A stretch of 63,098 nt of DNA, filler included, from Globobulimina sp. (Eukaryota), in assembly GCA_003354225.1 (NCBI GenBank). It is 11 parts of 11 records of this genome, joined end to end, with 100 filler letters (N's around TTAATTAATTAA, not from the genome) between each part and the next. Parts side by side here need not be neighbours in the genome. Positions count along the whole stretch, not along the records: positions 23,022 to 28,666 come from PIVH01000478.1; positions 28,767 to 34,410 come from PIVH01000479.1; positions 34,511 to 40,152 come from PIVH01000480.1; 8 more parts are not named here. The stretch is one strand, 5' to 3'. Position 1 is the stretch's first letter. Every line of letters begins with the position of its first letter. The notes beneath the pieces are model-generated. The model made no database searches. It was not told where the DNA came from and saw only the letters and a list, made by a program, of their open reading frames with translations. Below, one piece after another: positions 24,824-37,900 of this stretch. The position numbers and the translations under genes were made by a program.

Positions 24824-27800
24824 ATGTCACTGTATTTACTGTCAATATGGCTGATACATTTGGTTTACAGTCAAACAATTCTCACTCCACTTTCATCTGA
24901 TTACACATTGTCACTGGCCAATTCACCATATATTGTCAACTCCTACGTGACATTTTCATCGACTGCGCACATCATCATCGAAAACGGCGTTAAAATCATA
25001 TTCGTCGGCAATAAATTTATCTCAGTATTTGGAAGTTTAAATTGTGGCTGTAACACTACCAACATATTAAATGACCAAATCAAAGGTTTATCAAACACAC
25101 TCCAATACATTCACATTGTTGGCAATGAATCGCAACCGACGTCGACTGGAATATTCATCAATCAGATCAACAGTATAAATCCACCCAAAATACAATTCTG
25201 TAACACCTTATTTGAAAACATACAAAATGGCATCACCACCACCTCCAAACAATATGCGCCATACACTGTACATAACTGTGAGTTCAGCTCACTTAACAAT
25301 GCCATTCATCATTCCACAAACATCATCAATTTCGTACATAACTCCTATTTCCATGACATGAACAGCATCCAATCGGGCGGCGGTGTCATTTATGATCATT
25401 GCTTATTCCATTTGTTGGGGAAATTCTCGTCCGACACTGAAAAAGCAGTCAACATTGCCATTAGAAACAGCGAAATCTATGGTGACAGCACCAAAGTCTG
25501 TCTCAATATAAATTCAGTGGCTGGCGATCCATTATTAGCGGTCTATAATAACATTATAAGTGACTGCAAAGATGGTATTGAGATATTGAGTGCAGCCATC
25601 TCCATACGAAACAACACCATTACTAATTGCACTCGTTATGGTGTATATGCCTATGACACAGTGGGTGCGTTTGATATTTCCTATAATTCGTTTACCAATA
25701 ATGGTGTCTATGACATTTTGTTGCATAATATCTCCAATGTAGCAGTTGTAAATAACGCATTCACACCGCACACACAGCACAATACCACTGTGTATGCAGT
25801 GGATATCGAACATATTATTGTGCAGCAAAATGATTTTACCTCACTTAAACATGATTATATTTTGTCATTTCAACGCGTGGATTATGTCGAGATTATCAAT
25901 AATAATTTCTTGTATAACAAGGATAAATATGGGGCCATTTATGCCAATGCCACTGTGAATATTACCATTTCTCGCAATAACTTCATAGGAAATGAAGGGA
26001 GATACGTAATGTATATGGAGAATGGTGTGGATTTGCATATGGTTGCGAATAATATGAGTAATAACACAGTGAGCAGTCATATGCTTTTTATGGAGGAGTT
26101 TGAGAACGTACAAGTTAAGTTTAATAAGTACAATAGCAACGTTAATGCATTTGGAGAAATGCTTTGTGTACAAAAGACAAACTATATTTCCATCCGAAAT
26201 AATGATATAAATCGCAATTATATGTATGGCGGAGTTATAGGCAGCGATATGAATGAAATTGTATTCATTCAATATAACGATTTCAATGCAAATGGTGGTG
26301 GGAATTTAATACTTATTAAAAACACTGCAAATGCAAATATTGGTTATAATATGTTTACGAATGCGGCGGATTTGGAGAATATTTTATACTTTGAATACAT
26401 GGACGTGTCTGATGTAGCAGTGGTTGAACATAATAATTTCATGCAACGTAACAATATCAGTGCGTATATTTTATGCAACGGTGGAATTCACACATTGGAC
26501 AGCAAAATATTTGTAAATTTGAATCGTTTTTATGATATAAATCATGTAAAATATCTTATATCCACACAAGAGGTAAACATCAATGCCAATGATAACTATT
26601 ATGATGGTTTGCAAACTTACGAGCATATCCTGGCTAAAATGAATGGTATTTGTGAGTTTATAAACGTATCCCGTTTGATCGAAGACGAGCACAATAATTC
26701 AAATAAATGTTCCTGGCAATACACAGATTGCAATGTTATAAACACGCACTGTGACAGCGACACATCAATACCTACACAAATCACACAATATCCATCTATA
26801 TCACCTTCCATATCACCCACACAGTCACCCACCATTTTAGTGACCCATTTCATCGAAACCATACCAACTACGACCACCATGCACGAAACAGATGTCACAG
26901 AGCTGTCCACCTCGCAAACAATGGCAGTGACCGCCGGGGAGGGACCAGTCCGGCATACAAGCGACGGAGATGGCACTTTTATGGTAATTGCAGGCTCGGC
27001 GGGGATAACATTGGTGTTTGTGCTGTTTGGTATGATATTATTGTATGTTTTCTTAAAATTAAAGAAATTAAAAAATGAAACTGCACATTTGAACAAACAA
27101 ATTCGTGGCACGGATAAAGCTAAAAATAATCATAAATATAATAACCATGATGACGACTTGGATGATTTAGACGCGATTATGAATGCAATGAACTTGAAGA
27201 TAAATCTGGATAATCTGAATAGTATTAATTATAATCCACGCAAATCATCCAAATTAAGTGTGATCAGTGCGGCTGCCATGAGTAAGAAATCCAGTTTATT
27301 TAGCACTGTGAGTAAGAAATCCATCGCGAGTTTGAATATGAATATGATCCACGTATTGGACGCAAATTCATCTACACCGCGGGCAACGCCACGACCGCCG
27401 CCGAGAAAGTCTCCTCATAATTATCAAAAAAGGAAGAATGAATTTGAAGAAGACTTGGAAGAGAAAGGTGCGATTCACAATGGACATGAACGAGATAATT
27501 CTTCTGCATTGTATATGAATTACAGTCATAATCCAATCATTGAGATTGAAGGCAATCAGGTATGTGTTCAACGCGTACGTGCAAAAAGTGTGACATTTTT
27601 GCCAAGTTGCCATGCTTTTTAAGTGAGTTTGGGATTTTGAGTGAAAAGCCTATGCATGGCAACCTTGTCGAAACTTTCATACATTTGTATCAGACCCAAC
27701 TGGAGTCGCATTCAAATATACCATATGATGGTAATATGATTATGAATGCGATTAATACATCGATGCCAAATATTGGTGAATTATCGATAACTGCAAAACA

Positions 27801-28251
27801 TTCAAACAGTAATTTACATATTAAACATGATAGCAGTTGTAATTTCAAATTAAAAATTGATATTAATGATATAAATGAAGAGAATATTAACGATGAGAAT
27901 GACTCACATTTATCCCAATTGATATCGGAAGAAGAAACATCGGAATCAAGTGCTTTTACTATAAAATCAGAGGAGGAAGAACATAAACTGAGTATTAATG
28001 TGGTTGAAGTGGCGGATAATCTACATAATAATTTACATAATGGCTATGTTGGATTAATATCGCCGACAGAAACAATTACAAAAGTTGGCACGCCGCCAAC
28101 GCCGCACTTGCAATCCCCGACCTCCTTGGATCCGGATCAGATTTTACATTCTTTGAATTTCCGACAAAACCTTGTTCAGCAATCACAACCTGGCACACCT
28201 CAGGCGGCTCACAAATTGCCCAAACCCAAAACGAAAGGACATTGGATGTGA
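24824..28251 (+). CDS. Type I membrane protein with right-handed parallel beta-helix repeats, Ser/Thr/Pro stalk, TM and cytoplasmic tail; last exon probably in ORF 27562-28251
   Basis: Signal peptide, many I.NN.F..N repeats, PSISPSISPTQSPT stalk and TM GITLVFVLFGMILLYVFL. Donor CAG|GTATGT at 27560; the acceptor is uncertain. Confidence 0.75.
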
Positions 28252-29294
28252 AATCTTGTCAACTTTCTTTTTTTTTCATATATTATTTTTTTTTCGTCAC
28301 TTTTTTTTTGCTATTTCTCGTGCTTTTTGTATTAATTTTTAATTTCTATTTGTGTTATTAATTAGTGTGTTTTATGCATTATTATTTATTGCTGCTTTTT
28401 ATTATTATTTTTAAATATATCAAAATCCGATTTAGACTCGTTTTCTTTTTAAATAATGTGTGTCATCGAATTGATGCAGTACGAAAACAAAAAAAAACTT
28501 TTAAAGGACTCAGGCAGGATTTAAACCTACATCGATGTGAGTTATATCCACGACATTTGGTTCATAGGTCAGCATTTCTATGTTGATAAACAATCAGGGA
28601 TTGAGTAAATTTAGTCTCGCTATGCGAGTCATATCCGAGGATAGTAAGTCAGCATTTATGCGAAATNNNNNNNNNNNNNNNNNNNNNNNNNNNNNNNNNN
28701 NNNNNNNNNNTTAATTAATTAANNNNNNNNNNNNNNNNNNNNNNNNNNNNNNNNNNNNNNNNNNNNTTTATTGTTTCTGAGAAACGAAGGCAAACCTATA
28801 TTATTTTTACCTTCATCAGTCACCAGAAACGGTTTGCTTATACCTTACCCCAATAAAAATCTGACGCTGAAGACCGGATGCTCTTTCCTTTTTAAAACTC
28901 AGAAAAATAATCAGAAAAGTAAGAAAATCATTTTTCAAACCAGAATTTGAAAACGCTGCAGCCTTGGGTGCTCGACAGGATCGTGAAAAAAATAAAAAAC
29001 GTTTTTGAACTGAAAAAAAACGTACTTATCGGAAAGCCCTATTGATTACACCATTTGCCTGTTCAACGACAGAGGTATTCATGTACAATATTACACCTTC
29101 CAAAAGAATTAAATCTTCAAAACTTTAATATTAAATTATATTAAATTCCAAAACAGTTTGTTAAAAAAAATGTGTATGACTGTCAATTTGCCACACAATA
29201 TCACACGTACATAGAAACTCTAGTAATGAGCCATATTTTGCATGATATCCTAACTACAATAAATGGAAGGATACATTTTGATAATACACAAAAA

Positions 29295-30791
29295 CTATTT
29301 TAATAATTTGTCTAAGTCACGGATCATATGAGTGATTCTCTGAAGAATAGGTTTTTTATAATCCAATTTACATTTAATCCAATAATGAGGTGACGACAAT
29401 GGAGTATTTTGAGTAACATTAATGTTTTTCATTTTTAATTCCCTAATTTCTAAACAAATATCAACCATTTCTTTTAGCATATTTCTAGTCATTTCCTTAA
29501 TTGTATCATATCCAACCAATGACAAACTGGGACATCGATTCACTTCCAAAACATAAAAATTCCCATTCCTGTCAATAATGACATCATTTCCATGAAACAT
29601 AAATCCACACTGTCGATCATATGCAATCGCGGCATCATCCAATTCTCCCTTTGATGCATTGTATAATTGTTCAAACAATGAAATTAATTTTAGATTTATT
29701 AAATCTTTCATATCCGACAAGGTCATATCATTAATTTTATATTTATATTTTGCAAACCATTCTGGTTTAAATCCTTTTTTATTGACAGCAATGTCATAGA
29801 TATATTCGATAAATGCATCCCAATCGTTCAACATTGTTTGTCCATCGATCGAAGACGACATCGAATCATAATCATTATGACTTCGTTGGATTTTACAATT
29901 GGACAAATGTCCATATTTATACATGACTTCTTCGTCATTCATGTCTATATCCGATGGATCGCTATATTTGACTCCACAAACTCGCATTTTTCCAATATGG
30001 AAGAATAAAATGCATGGATTGCAACAAGCCACCAAGCAATAAACACGCAAATCGAACTTATAGCAATTGTTATATAATAAGGGTTTCTCGATATATTTTT
30101 GAATAATTATCGCCCTCAAATCAATATTCTCCGTATTATGCCATCCCATTTCACGTAGCCGCTTTCCCCAATTTTTTGCGCGATATTTTGCATCGACAAA
30201 CTCCTGGAATGTTTCTAATGTGTTCCCCCGATATAAAAACACCGCACTTCCTAAGGAACCGAAACTTGATTTGGTGATCCAAACATAATCAGCACTTTGC
30301 GACTCAAGTAATGCTTTTATTTGATCTGAAATGATCCATCTCTCATTCTCGAGGTCATAGTGACAATCAAAAGTCATTGGAGTTATTTGCCACGCCGCAG
30401 CGCCATAATACGAGTATAGATTTGATGCAAATGTGGTTTTGTCGCATAATATGCCCTGACATGGCGTAAATGCAATGCACGGATAATTCTCTTGGCCGCA
30501 AAATAATTCTTCGTCAAAATATGCATATTCGCGTTGACACCAAAAAAAAATACATTTGGCATTGGGTAAAAAACCACTCTCAATCTCGATTAAGCCTTTG
30601 TTTTTTAAGCAAGTCGCTATCCATTGTTTGCCATGCGATTTCTGCTTCACATTTACAAAAAATCTATCTGCTTTGTCGAGATTCAATAATTTATCACATA
30701 ATTTGGGTGGTGGTCGTAGTGCAGGAAACGTGTTTGGGTGTTTTTGCTCATCGACAGATTGAGGGAGAGGTGCTGGTATTGGTGCAGCCAT
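29295..30791 (-). CDS. Tubulin-tyrosine ligase-like (TTL/TTLL) ATP-grasp protein
   Basis: LCDK, WITKS..GSLG, IIQKYIEKPLL, KFDLRVYCLV, HLSN and GNDVIID...YVLEVNRCPSL. Confidence 0.9.
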   Translation of the reverse strand: MAAPIPAPLPQSVDEQKHPNTFPALRPPPKLCDKLLNLDKADRFFVNVKQKSHGKQWIATCLKNKGLIEIESGFLPNAKCIFFWCQREYAYFDEELFCGQENYPCIAFTPCQGILCDKTTFASNLYSYYGAAAWQITPMTFDCHYDLENERWIISDQIKALLESQSADYVWITKSSFGSLGSAVFLYRGNTLETFQEFVDAKYRAKNWGKRLREMGWHNTENIDLRAIIIQKYIEKPLLYNNCYKFDLRVYCLVACCNPCILFFHIGKMRVCGVKYSDPSDIDMNDEEVMYKYGHLSNCKIQRSHNDYDSMSSSIDGQTMLNDWDAFIEYIYDIAVNKKGFKPEWFAKYKYKINDMTLSDMKDLINLKLISLFEQLYNASKGELDDAAIAYDRQCGFMFHGNDVIIDRNGNFYVLEVNRCPSLSLVGYDTIKEMTRNMLKEMVDICLEIRELKMKNINVTQNTPLSSPHYWIKCKLDYKKPILQRITHMIRDLDKLLK

Positions 30792-31352
30792 TTATTTATT
30801 TCAAGTTAGTAACTGAACAGTTTTCTTTGTTTTGGGCAATGGCAAGTACTTATGCTGAAGGAACAGTCGCTCGCGTTTTTTTCTTGTGTAACTAGGTGAT
30901 TGCGTTTAGCTGAGGTTTTTTGAATCAATTGAGAAACTAAATAAAATAATATTTAATTATCACAACAAACATATTCAATACCCTGATGATTACACAGGGG
31001 CGCAATATCAAGCATATTAAAATGTTATTCATAAAAATATATCTAGAAACGGTAGAGAGTTGAACTCTACAAATTGCCACTCATTTCACAACTCAATCTG
31101 ACTTCATTCGGGGTAAATAATCTGAAAAACAAAGTGTCAGGTGCTTTATTCTCCGATTCGATCGAGTCAGAAACATAGTTAAATTATAAATAAAACTGTT
31201 TCTGAAAACGATCACCTCCCTGTGTGCCCTGAGTGTGAAAGAGTGGAATATTTTATATTCAACGACCTTGTGAAACAAGAAAAATTGTATTAAACAACTT
31301 CAATATTATGTTATTTATTGTTTATCAATGGATATAAATCATGTGTCAATAA

Positions 31353-32570
31353 TTAAGATTGGAATAGAACTTCACATAAGTTTCCATCCCAAAGATTATA
31401 TGTATTCAATGTACCATTACTTTTATCCACATTTTTGCTGCCTGGACGATTCTTACCATGGATCATTTCAAATGGAATTATCCTTAATTGTGGAATGGTA
31501 AAATTGATGTATCGATTTGAGACATATCTTATCATCTTTAATAAATCAATTTCTTGCAAATAACATAATGAAGTTGAACCAATGCGAATACTGGAACAAC
31601 TATGAATTTAATAAATTGTCGCACCAATTTTGTGAGTGTTGTTGGTGTCCATATTGCACCATTTAATCCAACAAAAATATAATTATCTTTGTTAACATCT
31701 AAATTCTTGATTTGTTTTAATAAATTTGTACGTTTTAATTTGGATAATCCGGAAAGCGTTTTTGATTTTAATTTATGAATCAATTTACGTCTCCGTTTCA
31801 ATAAAACAAAGTACATTCCATAGAAATCTAAACATCGGCAATGACAATTAATTGCTTCGCAAATTGGAGGGGCCATAAAAATCTCTTTCGGTTCATTCCG
31901 AAATTCTTGATTTTTAAACCAATGTATCAACACTTTTATATATCTTCTATGATATGGTTTGTGTTGATTATGTAAAGTAATATCACCCCAACGCAAACCT
32001 GTGGTGATAAGTTCCCACAATGGGTTTTCAGTGCTGTCTGTGAATAAAAGTTCTGCCGGGCGGCTCATGGTAAAAAAGGCCATTGTCAAAATATAGGCAG
32101 TCGTTAAGTTGTCTAAAGGACAGCTATGCCACGTTGATGGTGATACTTTTAAATGTTTAAGATATCTGACAATCCATTGGATTTTGATTGGTAGTCTGGT
32201 TGTGCGCTTTTTGAGGTATAATTTAAGCATCGTTTTATGGATATCTTTATAGAAGGAATCCTTATAATAAACTGGTGTTTTTCCCCACGATTTTACCCAC
32301 CATGATAATGCCGAAGACCATGTTGTGTGGGAATTACATGACCCCAATCTATTGGCTCTATCATATTGCCAATAAATAGCTACTGCTGGATTTATATTCG
32401 GGGTAAATGGATCAAAGCCATTTTCGATATTATAGCCCCACCAGTCTTTCAATACAGAAACATAATTTTGTTTGGTGGTGATTCGTCGTTGGCGGAAAAT
32501 ATCCCGGATTATCAAATTCGTGGTTTTTTTGTCTCTTCGAGCAATTGAGTGATTCCATATTGCTCTCGCA
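31353..32570 (-). pseudogene. Tyrosine recombinase of the DIRS-like element, frameshifted
   Basis: RLPI, AFFTMSRPAELL (catalytic Arg) and WFKNQ. The box-II-like SIRIGSTSL lies in a different frame after ~31595 and continues into ORF 31353-31559. There is another frameshift near the 5' end (~32520). Confidence 0.75.
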
Positions 32571-32795
32571 TTTATTGCTATATAGTGTTGTTGTAAAGTG
32601 GTTTTTGAAAATGTTTAAAGAAAAAAGTTCATCTTTAGTTTGTTAGTTTGGACCATGGGAAAGGAGACTTGCAGTCATTATGTTGTGATGTAAGTAATGC
32701 GTATCTCACAGCAATTGTATAAATTCATTATGAATGCAAGTCATTGTAGTCAATAGAAATCATTTGTCATTTAAACATTGTAAACATTGTCAATA

Positions 32796-34409
32796 TTATA
32801 AATCATATTTGCGTAGTAATTTGAGTGTTGGATAGTAGTCCAATGGTGTTTGTGTATCATTAAAATTCAAATTATATAAATCAATCGTTTGATAGAAACG
32901 ATTCCACTCAAAGCGCGATAATGAATCAGCTAAGTCATTAAACGCAGATGGAATGAATTCCACTCGCAAACCAATGGAATATACACACATTAATAGGACT
33001 ATTTCCTGAATAAATTCCATTAATTGTTCACTGCCCGCCCAATGTTTATAGATCGAAAATAGAACCGATGTATTATCAATGTATAGTAATAATTGTCGGC
33101 CCGTCAATATTTGTCTATAGTTATGAAGCAACATAATGACTGCATGGGCTTCCTGGTAATTAATGGACATTGTTCTGTGATTAATGCCATATTTATTAGG
33201 TTTATCAATGAATTTATATGCACCAAAAAATTCACCGACAATGAAACCGCCACCAATCATACTCGCATCTGTAGCTCCTGTAATTGTTATGGTTGGTTGG
33301 TGTACTATAGAATGCATAGTGACTTTACGCATAAAAGCAGCGTATTGTAGCCAGAATTTAAGGTCTCTTATGATTGGATCAGGTATAAAAAACACTTTGT
33401 TTTTTAATTTAGGGCTTGCACGGATTTTTTCGTGTATTAGCCTCAAAAGACGATAACATAAAACTTTTGCTGGTTTCCTTAATTGTGACCAATGCATAAT
33501 TTTACCACACATAGATTCCAGCGCTCGTCCAGTCGCATATCGATATTTTATCATTAATCTTAATCCATAGACTAATTCATCATATTTATTTTGTGGTATG
33601 TATACATGTTTTGTTTTCATATTAAATCCAATGCCGTGTACGATGCCTTTATTGATACCATTCTCATCCTTGGCATGGGATACATTGACATTTAGATCTT
33701 CACACATTTTATCAAATTCATTGCCTAATTTTATTGCTTCTGCCTTATTCGAACCAGCCAATATAAAGTCATCTATGTGGACTAGAATATTATCAATCTG
33801 ATTACTATGAAGGTATTTATTACGCAAAATCCAAATTAGAATCTGTGCAAATTGTTGACAATTCGCTGCCGCCGAAGCAATGCCGTATGCTTGTCTCAAA
33901 TCTCTGAAAGAGAGACCAAAAAGACAATATTGAATATATTCTGAATCGATCGAAGCAAGATTTAATTGACGAAAAGCGTCTTTTAAATCACGTAAAGACA
34001 CATAATTATATTTCAACAATAAAGTAACGTATTTACGAATGTTTGGAAGCGTTGGCATTTTGCAGTTCGCTTTATTTATTATTTCGTTTATTGCTATGGT
34101 CCTACGGGTGGCGAATGAACCATGTCTTGCCACTCGTATGTCTGTCATTAATTGTGTATCATTATTCCTCTTTGGGACACATAATAAATTCAAATTATAA
34201 TGTAATTGTTTATCTGTTTTTGTGATATATGCTTTTTTTGCTTCTTTAACTATTCTTGTTAATATCGCACGTAATTCTCTTTTGTCCCTGACAATGTTGG
34301 AAACGTGTTTGCATAATTTCGACGGATTTCTATTTTGTAAATGTAGTGGATAGCCATCTTTAATTAATCTAATCTCAATTTCACCATTTGGGTGATTGGT
34401 TAAGTAGTC
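32796..34409 (-). CDS. DIRS-type reverse transcriptase plus RNase H
   Basis: Frame open to the contig end. CVPK, DLKDAFRQL, YGIASA, HIDDFILAG and VHGI (RT). DASMIGGG, SINYQEAHAV, IDNTSV and NDLADSLSR (DIRS RNase H). Confidence 0.9.
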   Translation of the reverse strand, partial: DYLTNHPNGEIEIRLIKDGYPLHLQNRNPSKLCKHVSNIVRDKRELRAILTRIVKEAKKAYITKTDKQLHYNLNLLCVPKRNNDTQLMTDIRVARHGSFATRRTIAINEIINKANCKMPTLPNIRKYVTLLLKYNYVSLRDLKDAFRQLNLASIDSEYIQYCLFGLSFRDLRQAYGIASAAANCQQFAQILIWILRNKYLHSNQIDNILVHIDDFILAGSNKAEAIKLGNEFDKMCEDLNVNVSHAKDENGINKGIVHGIGFNMKTKHVYIPQNKYDELVYGLRLMIKYRYATGRALESMCGKIMHWSQLRKPAKVLCYRLLRLIHEKIRASPKLKNKVFFIPDPIIRDLKFWLQYAAFMRKVTMHSIVHQPTITITGATDASMIGGGFIVGEFFGAYKFIDKPNKYGINHRTMSINYQEAHAVIMLLHNYRQILTGRQLLLYIDNTSVLFSIYKHWAGSEQLMEFIQEIVLLMCVYSIGLRVEFIPSAFNDLADSLSRFEWNRFYQTIDLYNLNFNDTQTPLDYYPTLKLLRKYDL

Positions 34410-34510
34410 ANNNNNNNNNNNNNNNNNNNNNNNNNNNNNNNNNNNNNNNNNNNNTTAATTAATTAANNNNNNNNNNNNNNNNNNNNNNNNNNNNNNNNNN
34501 NNNNNNNNNN

Positions 34511-34786
34511 ACATCCACATGTTATCATGGTGAACGGTACCCGAATGGTTCAAGAATCAAATTTGGTCCATATGGAATGGATGTTCATTGGGCTGGTCGC
34601 AATATTTTGGCAAGACAGGGCTGGAAAAACCCAATAACACAACCTCCAGATGCATTTATATTTGGACAAGAAGCTGTGCAGCAATGTGGTTTAGAAGTTG
34701 TGTATCAATTTCAATTAGAAATTGTTGGATGGTCTGGATTAAACACCGATTATGAAAAACAAATGCCATATCGAATTGATTTATAA
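34511..34786 (+). CDS. 3' fragment of a hypothetical protein
   Basis: Coding-like ORF starting at the contig edge. Confidence 0.4.
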   Translation, partial: TSTCYHGERYPNGSRIKFGPYGMDVHWAGRNILARQGWKNPITQPPDAFIFGQEAVQQCGLEVVYQFQLEIVGWSGLNTDYEKQMPYRIDL

Positions 34787-34986
34787 TTATAATGCTCTCC
34801 ATTGAATCATGAGCAAAATCAAGGTTAAATAGGAAAACTCGAATAAAAGATGGTCAATAATATAAAGTTGTTATGGTTTATAATACATTGTTGTGATGGT
34901 GACGCACCATTTAACTTTTGGATTGTTTTTGTGATGGTATGACTCAGGTTTTTGTTTTTCACTCAAAAATCAACACGCACGAAAAA

Positions 34987-37900
34987 ATGGATGAACTAGC
35001 GTTGGTTCCTCCAACTGGCGTTGTTCAGGAAACAACGAAAGTTTCGTTTTGTACAATCATTGAAATATTAAAACAAAATAAATATTTTCAGGTAATTGTT
35101 GATTCAGTATGGAATCATTTCGAACGCGAAGCATCAAACGCTATATCACAACTGCGCGATGAAGATAAATTTGAAACATTGGTATCCGTTGATTTTTCGC
35201 GAGTTTTGCATGAAATTAAAGCACATTCTAAACATTGTCCTGACTACATATTAAAAAAACTAATCGATTGGAGACAACAGCGAATGCTCTCCGTTAATCA
35301 TAAATTTGACACTGATCCAAACACTGAAGTTAAAAAAATGCATATTTTCCAACGCTAAACAAATAATATCTATATATTGACCAAAGAATCCAACTCGTTC
35401 GTTATATTCGATCGCCGTGAATATAATTTATGTCCGCTCCGTCTTAATGGTGGTAACATCGCATAGCATCGCTCAGGATTTGTCAGCAATTCTCCAGAAC
35501 CAAGCATTTCAATGTTTTTGTGACATTGTTCCATTGCAAAGGACAACCACCGTCGCAAAATTTGCATCCATACTATTTAAGAACTCATCCGCAAATACGG
35601 ATTATTACAACGTCTCAAACCGTGCGCCCATTGCGCAGAAAAGGAGATTGTTATTTAATTTGTGGTGTACTTTAATTGGATACTTATCCCAAACACAGTT
35701 ACAATCAATAACCGAACAGTTTGAACATTCAATGGGAGAAACAGAAGAACCGCATGGCAGAGCACGTATTATTCGCGGTATGCGAAGCATCAAATTGCAT
35801 CTATCCGACATCCCATCCATTACAAAGTTAACTTATTCCGCTTCTGCCAACAAATAAAAATAAAAATATCCACATTGCAGAAGTTATTATTTGATTCGTT
35901 ACATATTATCGGTATTTGCAACTTGTCATTGCTCAGAGATTAAACGTGCTGTCGGAGAGACTTTAACATTGATTTTGTACCCGTTGGCTGAACAGATCCC
36001 GCCGGACAGGTTTGGTGGTATAGCCGTACGGGAATGGTGGAAGACAGTGTATGACGTTTATGTCATGGCTGAGAATTGGAGCAAGAAACGCAAATATCAT
36101 AACCTTGCATTACCATTAATGATGTCTGCATTGTGTGTGATGGAAAAGGAATCGTTTTTATCCCATCGCTTAATGTGTTGCAATAAGCTCTACAAATTGG
36201 CCAAAGAACATAGTGCCAATAATTACCGCTCCATTGGCTTAGCGAGTGTCCGCAGGATTTTAGAGACATATTTAAGACATTTTGCTGATGGACAAACCGG
36301 CACTGAAACGCATTTACAAAACTTGAATAATCAGATATTGTTTGAATTAAAATGGGACCCATTAAACTCGACCCATCAGGATGGCATTGTTGCGTATCTG
36401 CTGACCATTGCTGAGCGCAAACCCGCATTGGCATTGGCTACCATCGTGGCCTCGTGTTTGCAAATGGGCGCCATGAACAAGCATTGCTTGGCTGGATTGA
36501 GAGCACTGAATGGCATATTGTATGGGCACAATGCTGATATTAATATTATGACTATGATGCAGACTATGAATAGAAATGCAAACATGAATGCAACCGCAAT
36601 GACTCGTACATTGACCAGCGTCACAAACGTGACCAATGCGGAGAATATCTCGTCTTTGAATAATTATAATGACACTTTTTCAAACGTGAATAACGGCAAT
36701 GATGAAGATAGTGAGCGCAGTGACTTGCTGCATGCGAGTGACGATATTATTGAAACAACGTATGGACCAAATCTGTCCAGTGTATTGAAAACACTTTTGG
36801 ATAAATTGCAACCTGTCAGCGATAGTTAAGCAACCTGTGTTTGTGTGGAACTGTCCTCTATTTTGATTATGATGTTTGTTTTCAGATTTGTTGCAGGAAG
36901 ATATTGAAGGCATTTTATGTGCGGCGATATCCCAAATACTGCGAGAGACCAAACATGTAATGTTGGGACGTGGATCTATTAAAGGCTCGACGGTAGAGAT
37001 TCGGTCTCGTGATTGTGCACATTTAGAGATGTTTAGATTGTGTATATTATGTTTGCCGCGGTTACATTTGTGGTCCACATTAATAAACGAGACCGAAGAA
37101 TATGATGTAATAAGTACATCAGATTTGATATATTTATTAGCAATGAGTAGTATATCGCTGCACGAAACAATTGCCTCGTCGGCACAACATGTATTAGTAT
37201 ATTTGATGCAGCACCAACCGGAATTAAGATGCAGTGTATTGCAGGATACATCTACCTATTTATTGCAGCAGCATGGTGACAATGTCACCAATATTTCTAC
37301 TTTGTTGAGTATGTTGGATGAATTTATACAGATTTGGTTAACGCAAATTAACGATACTAAATCCTCGCGATATGAGTTGAGTATGATGGATATATCCAAA
37401 GTCGAGGCAGCGTGCGTGTTTTCATTAACTAGCACAGCGAGTGTGGTGCGCCACGCTGCTTTGAATTTAATTGAATTATGCAATGAATTGGGCAAACAAC
37501 AACCAAAAATGGCAAATACCACTGCAGTCCACCACAACAGTCAAGAATGTAAAAGCAATGACGATGCTTCATCGTCCGGTTCGCAATCATTTGTTTTGCA
37601 CAATGTGCCAATTTCGTCCACCACCACAAATAATAAGCGTTGGCCTGATGTGCGATTACAAGAAATCATAAATGCCACAGAAAATGATATAAAGCAAAGG
37701 TTTAAACAGAATCATAAAATGTGCAATGATTCGCAAATAAAATCAATATACGATATGGCGAATGGTGAAACATCTCAAGATCAATTAGAATGGACCATGT
37801 GTCTGGGCGCTATTTTACAAAAAGCTGTTCCCAAAAGATGTAAATGTTTAAAATTTGCATATGAGAATGGCAAAAGACATGTTGACGCAGTATTAAAATG

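Larger units (their letters stand above)
31353..34410 (-). mobile_element. DIRS/Ngaro-like tyrosine-recombinase retrotransposon, 5'-truncated and partly decayed
   Basis: RT-RNase H ORF followed on the same strand by a tyrosine recombinase ORF. Confidence 0.85.

Noticed and set aside
28505-28535. Degenerate tRNA T-arm-like sequence on the minus strand (GTAGG-TTTAAAT-CCTGC)
   Set aside because: The loop lacks TTC and I could not build a cloverleaf; at most a decayed tRNA/SINE remnant.
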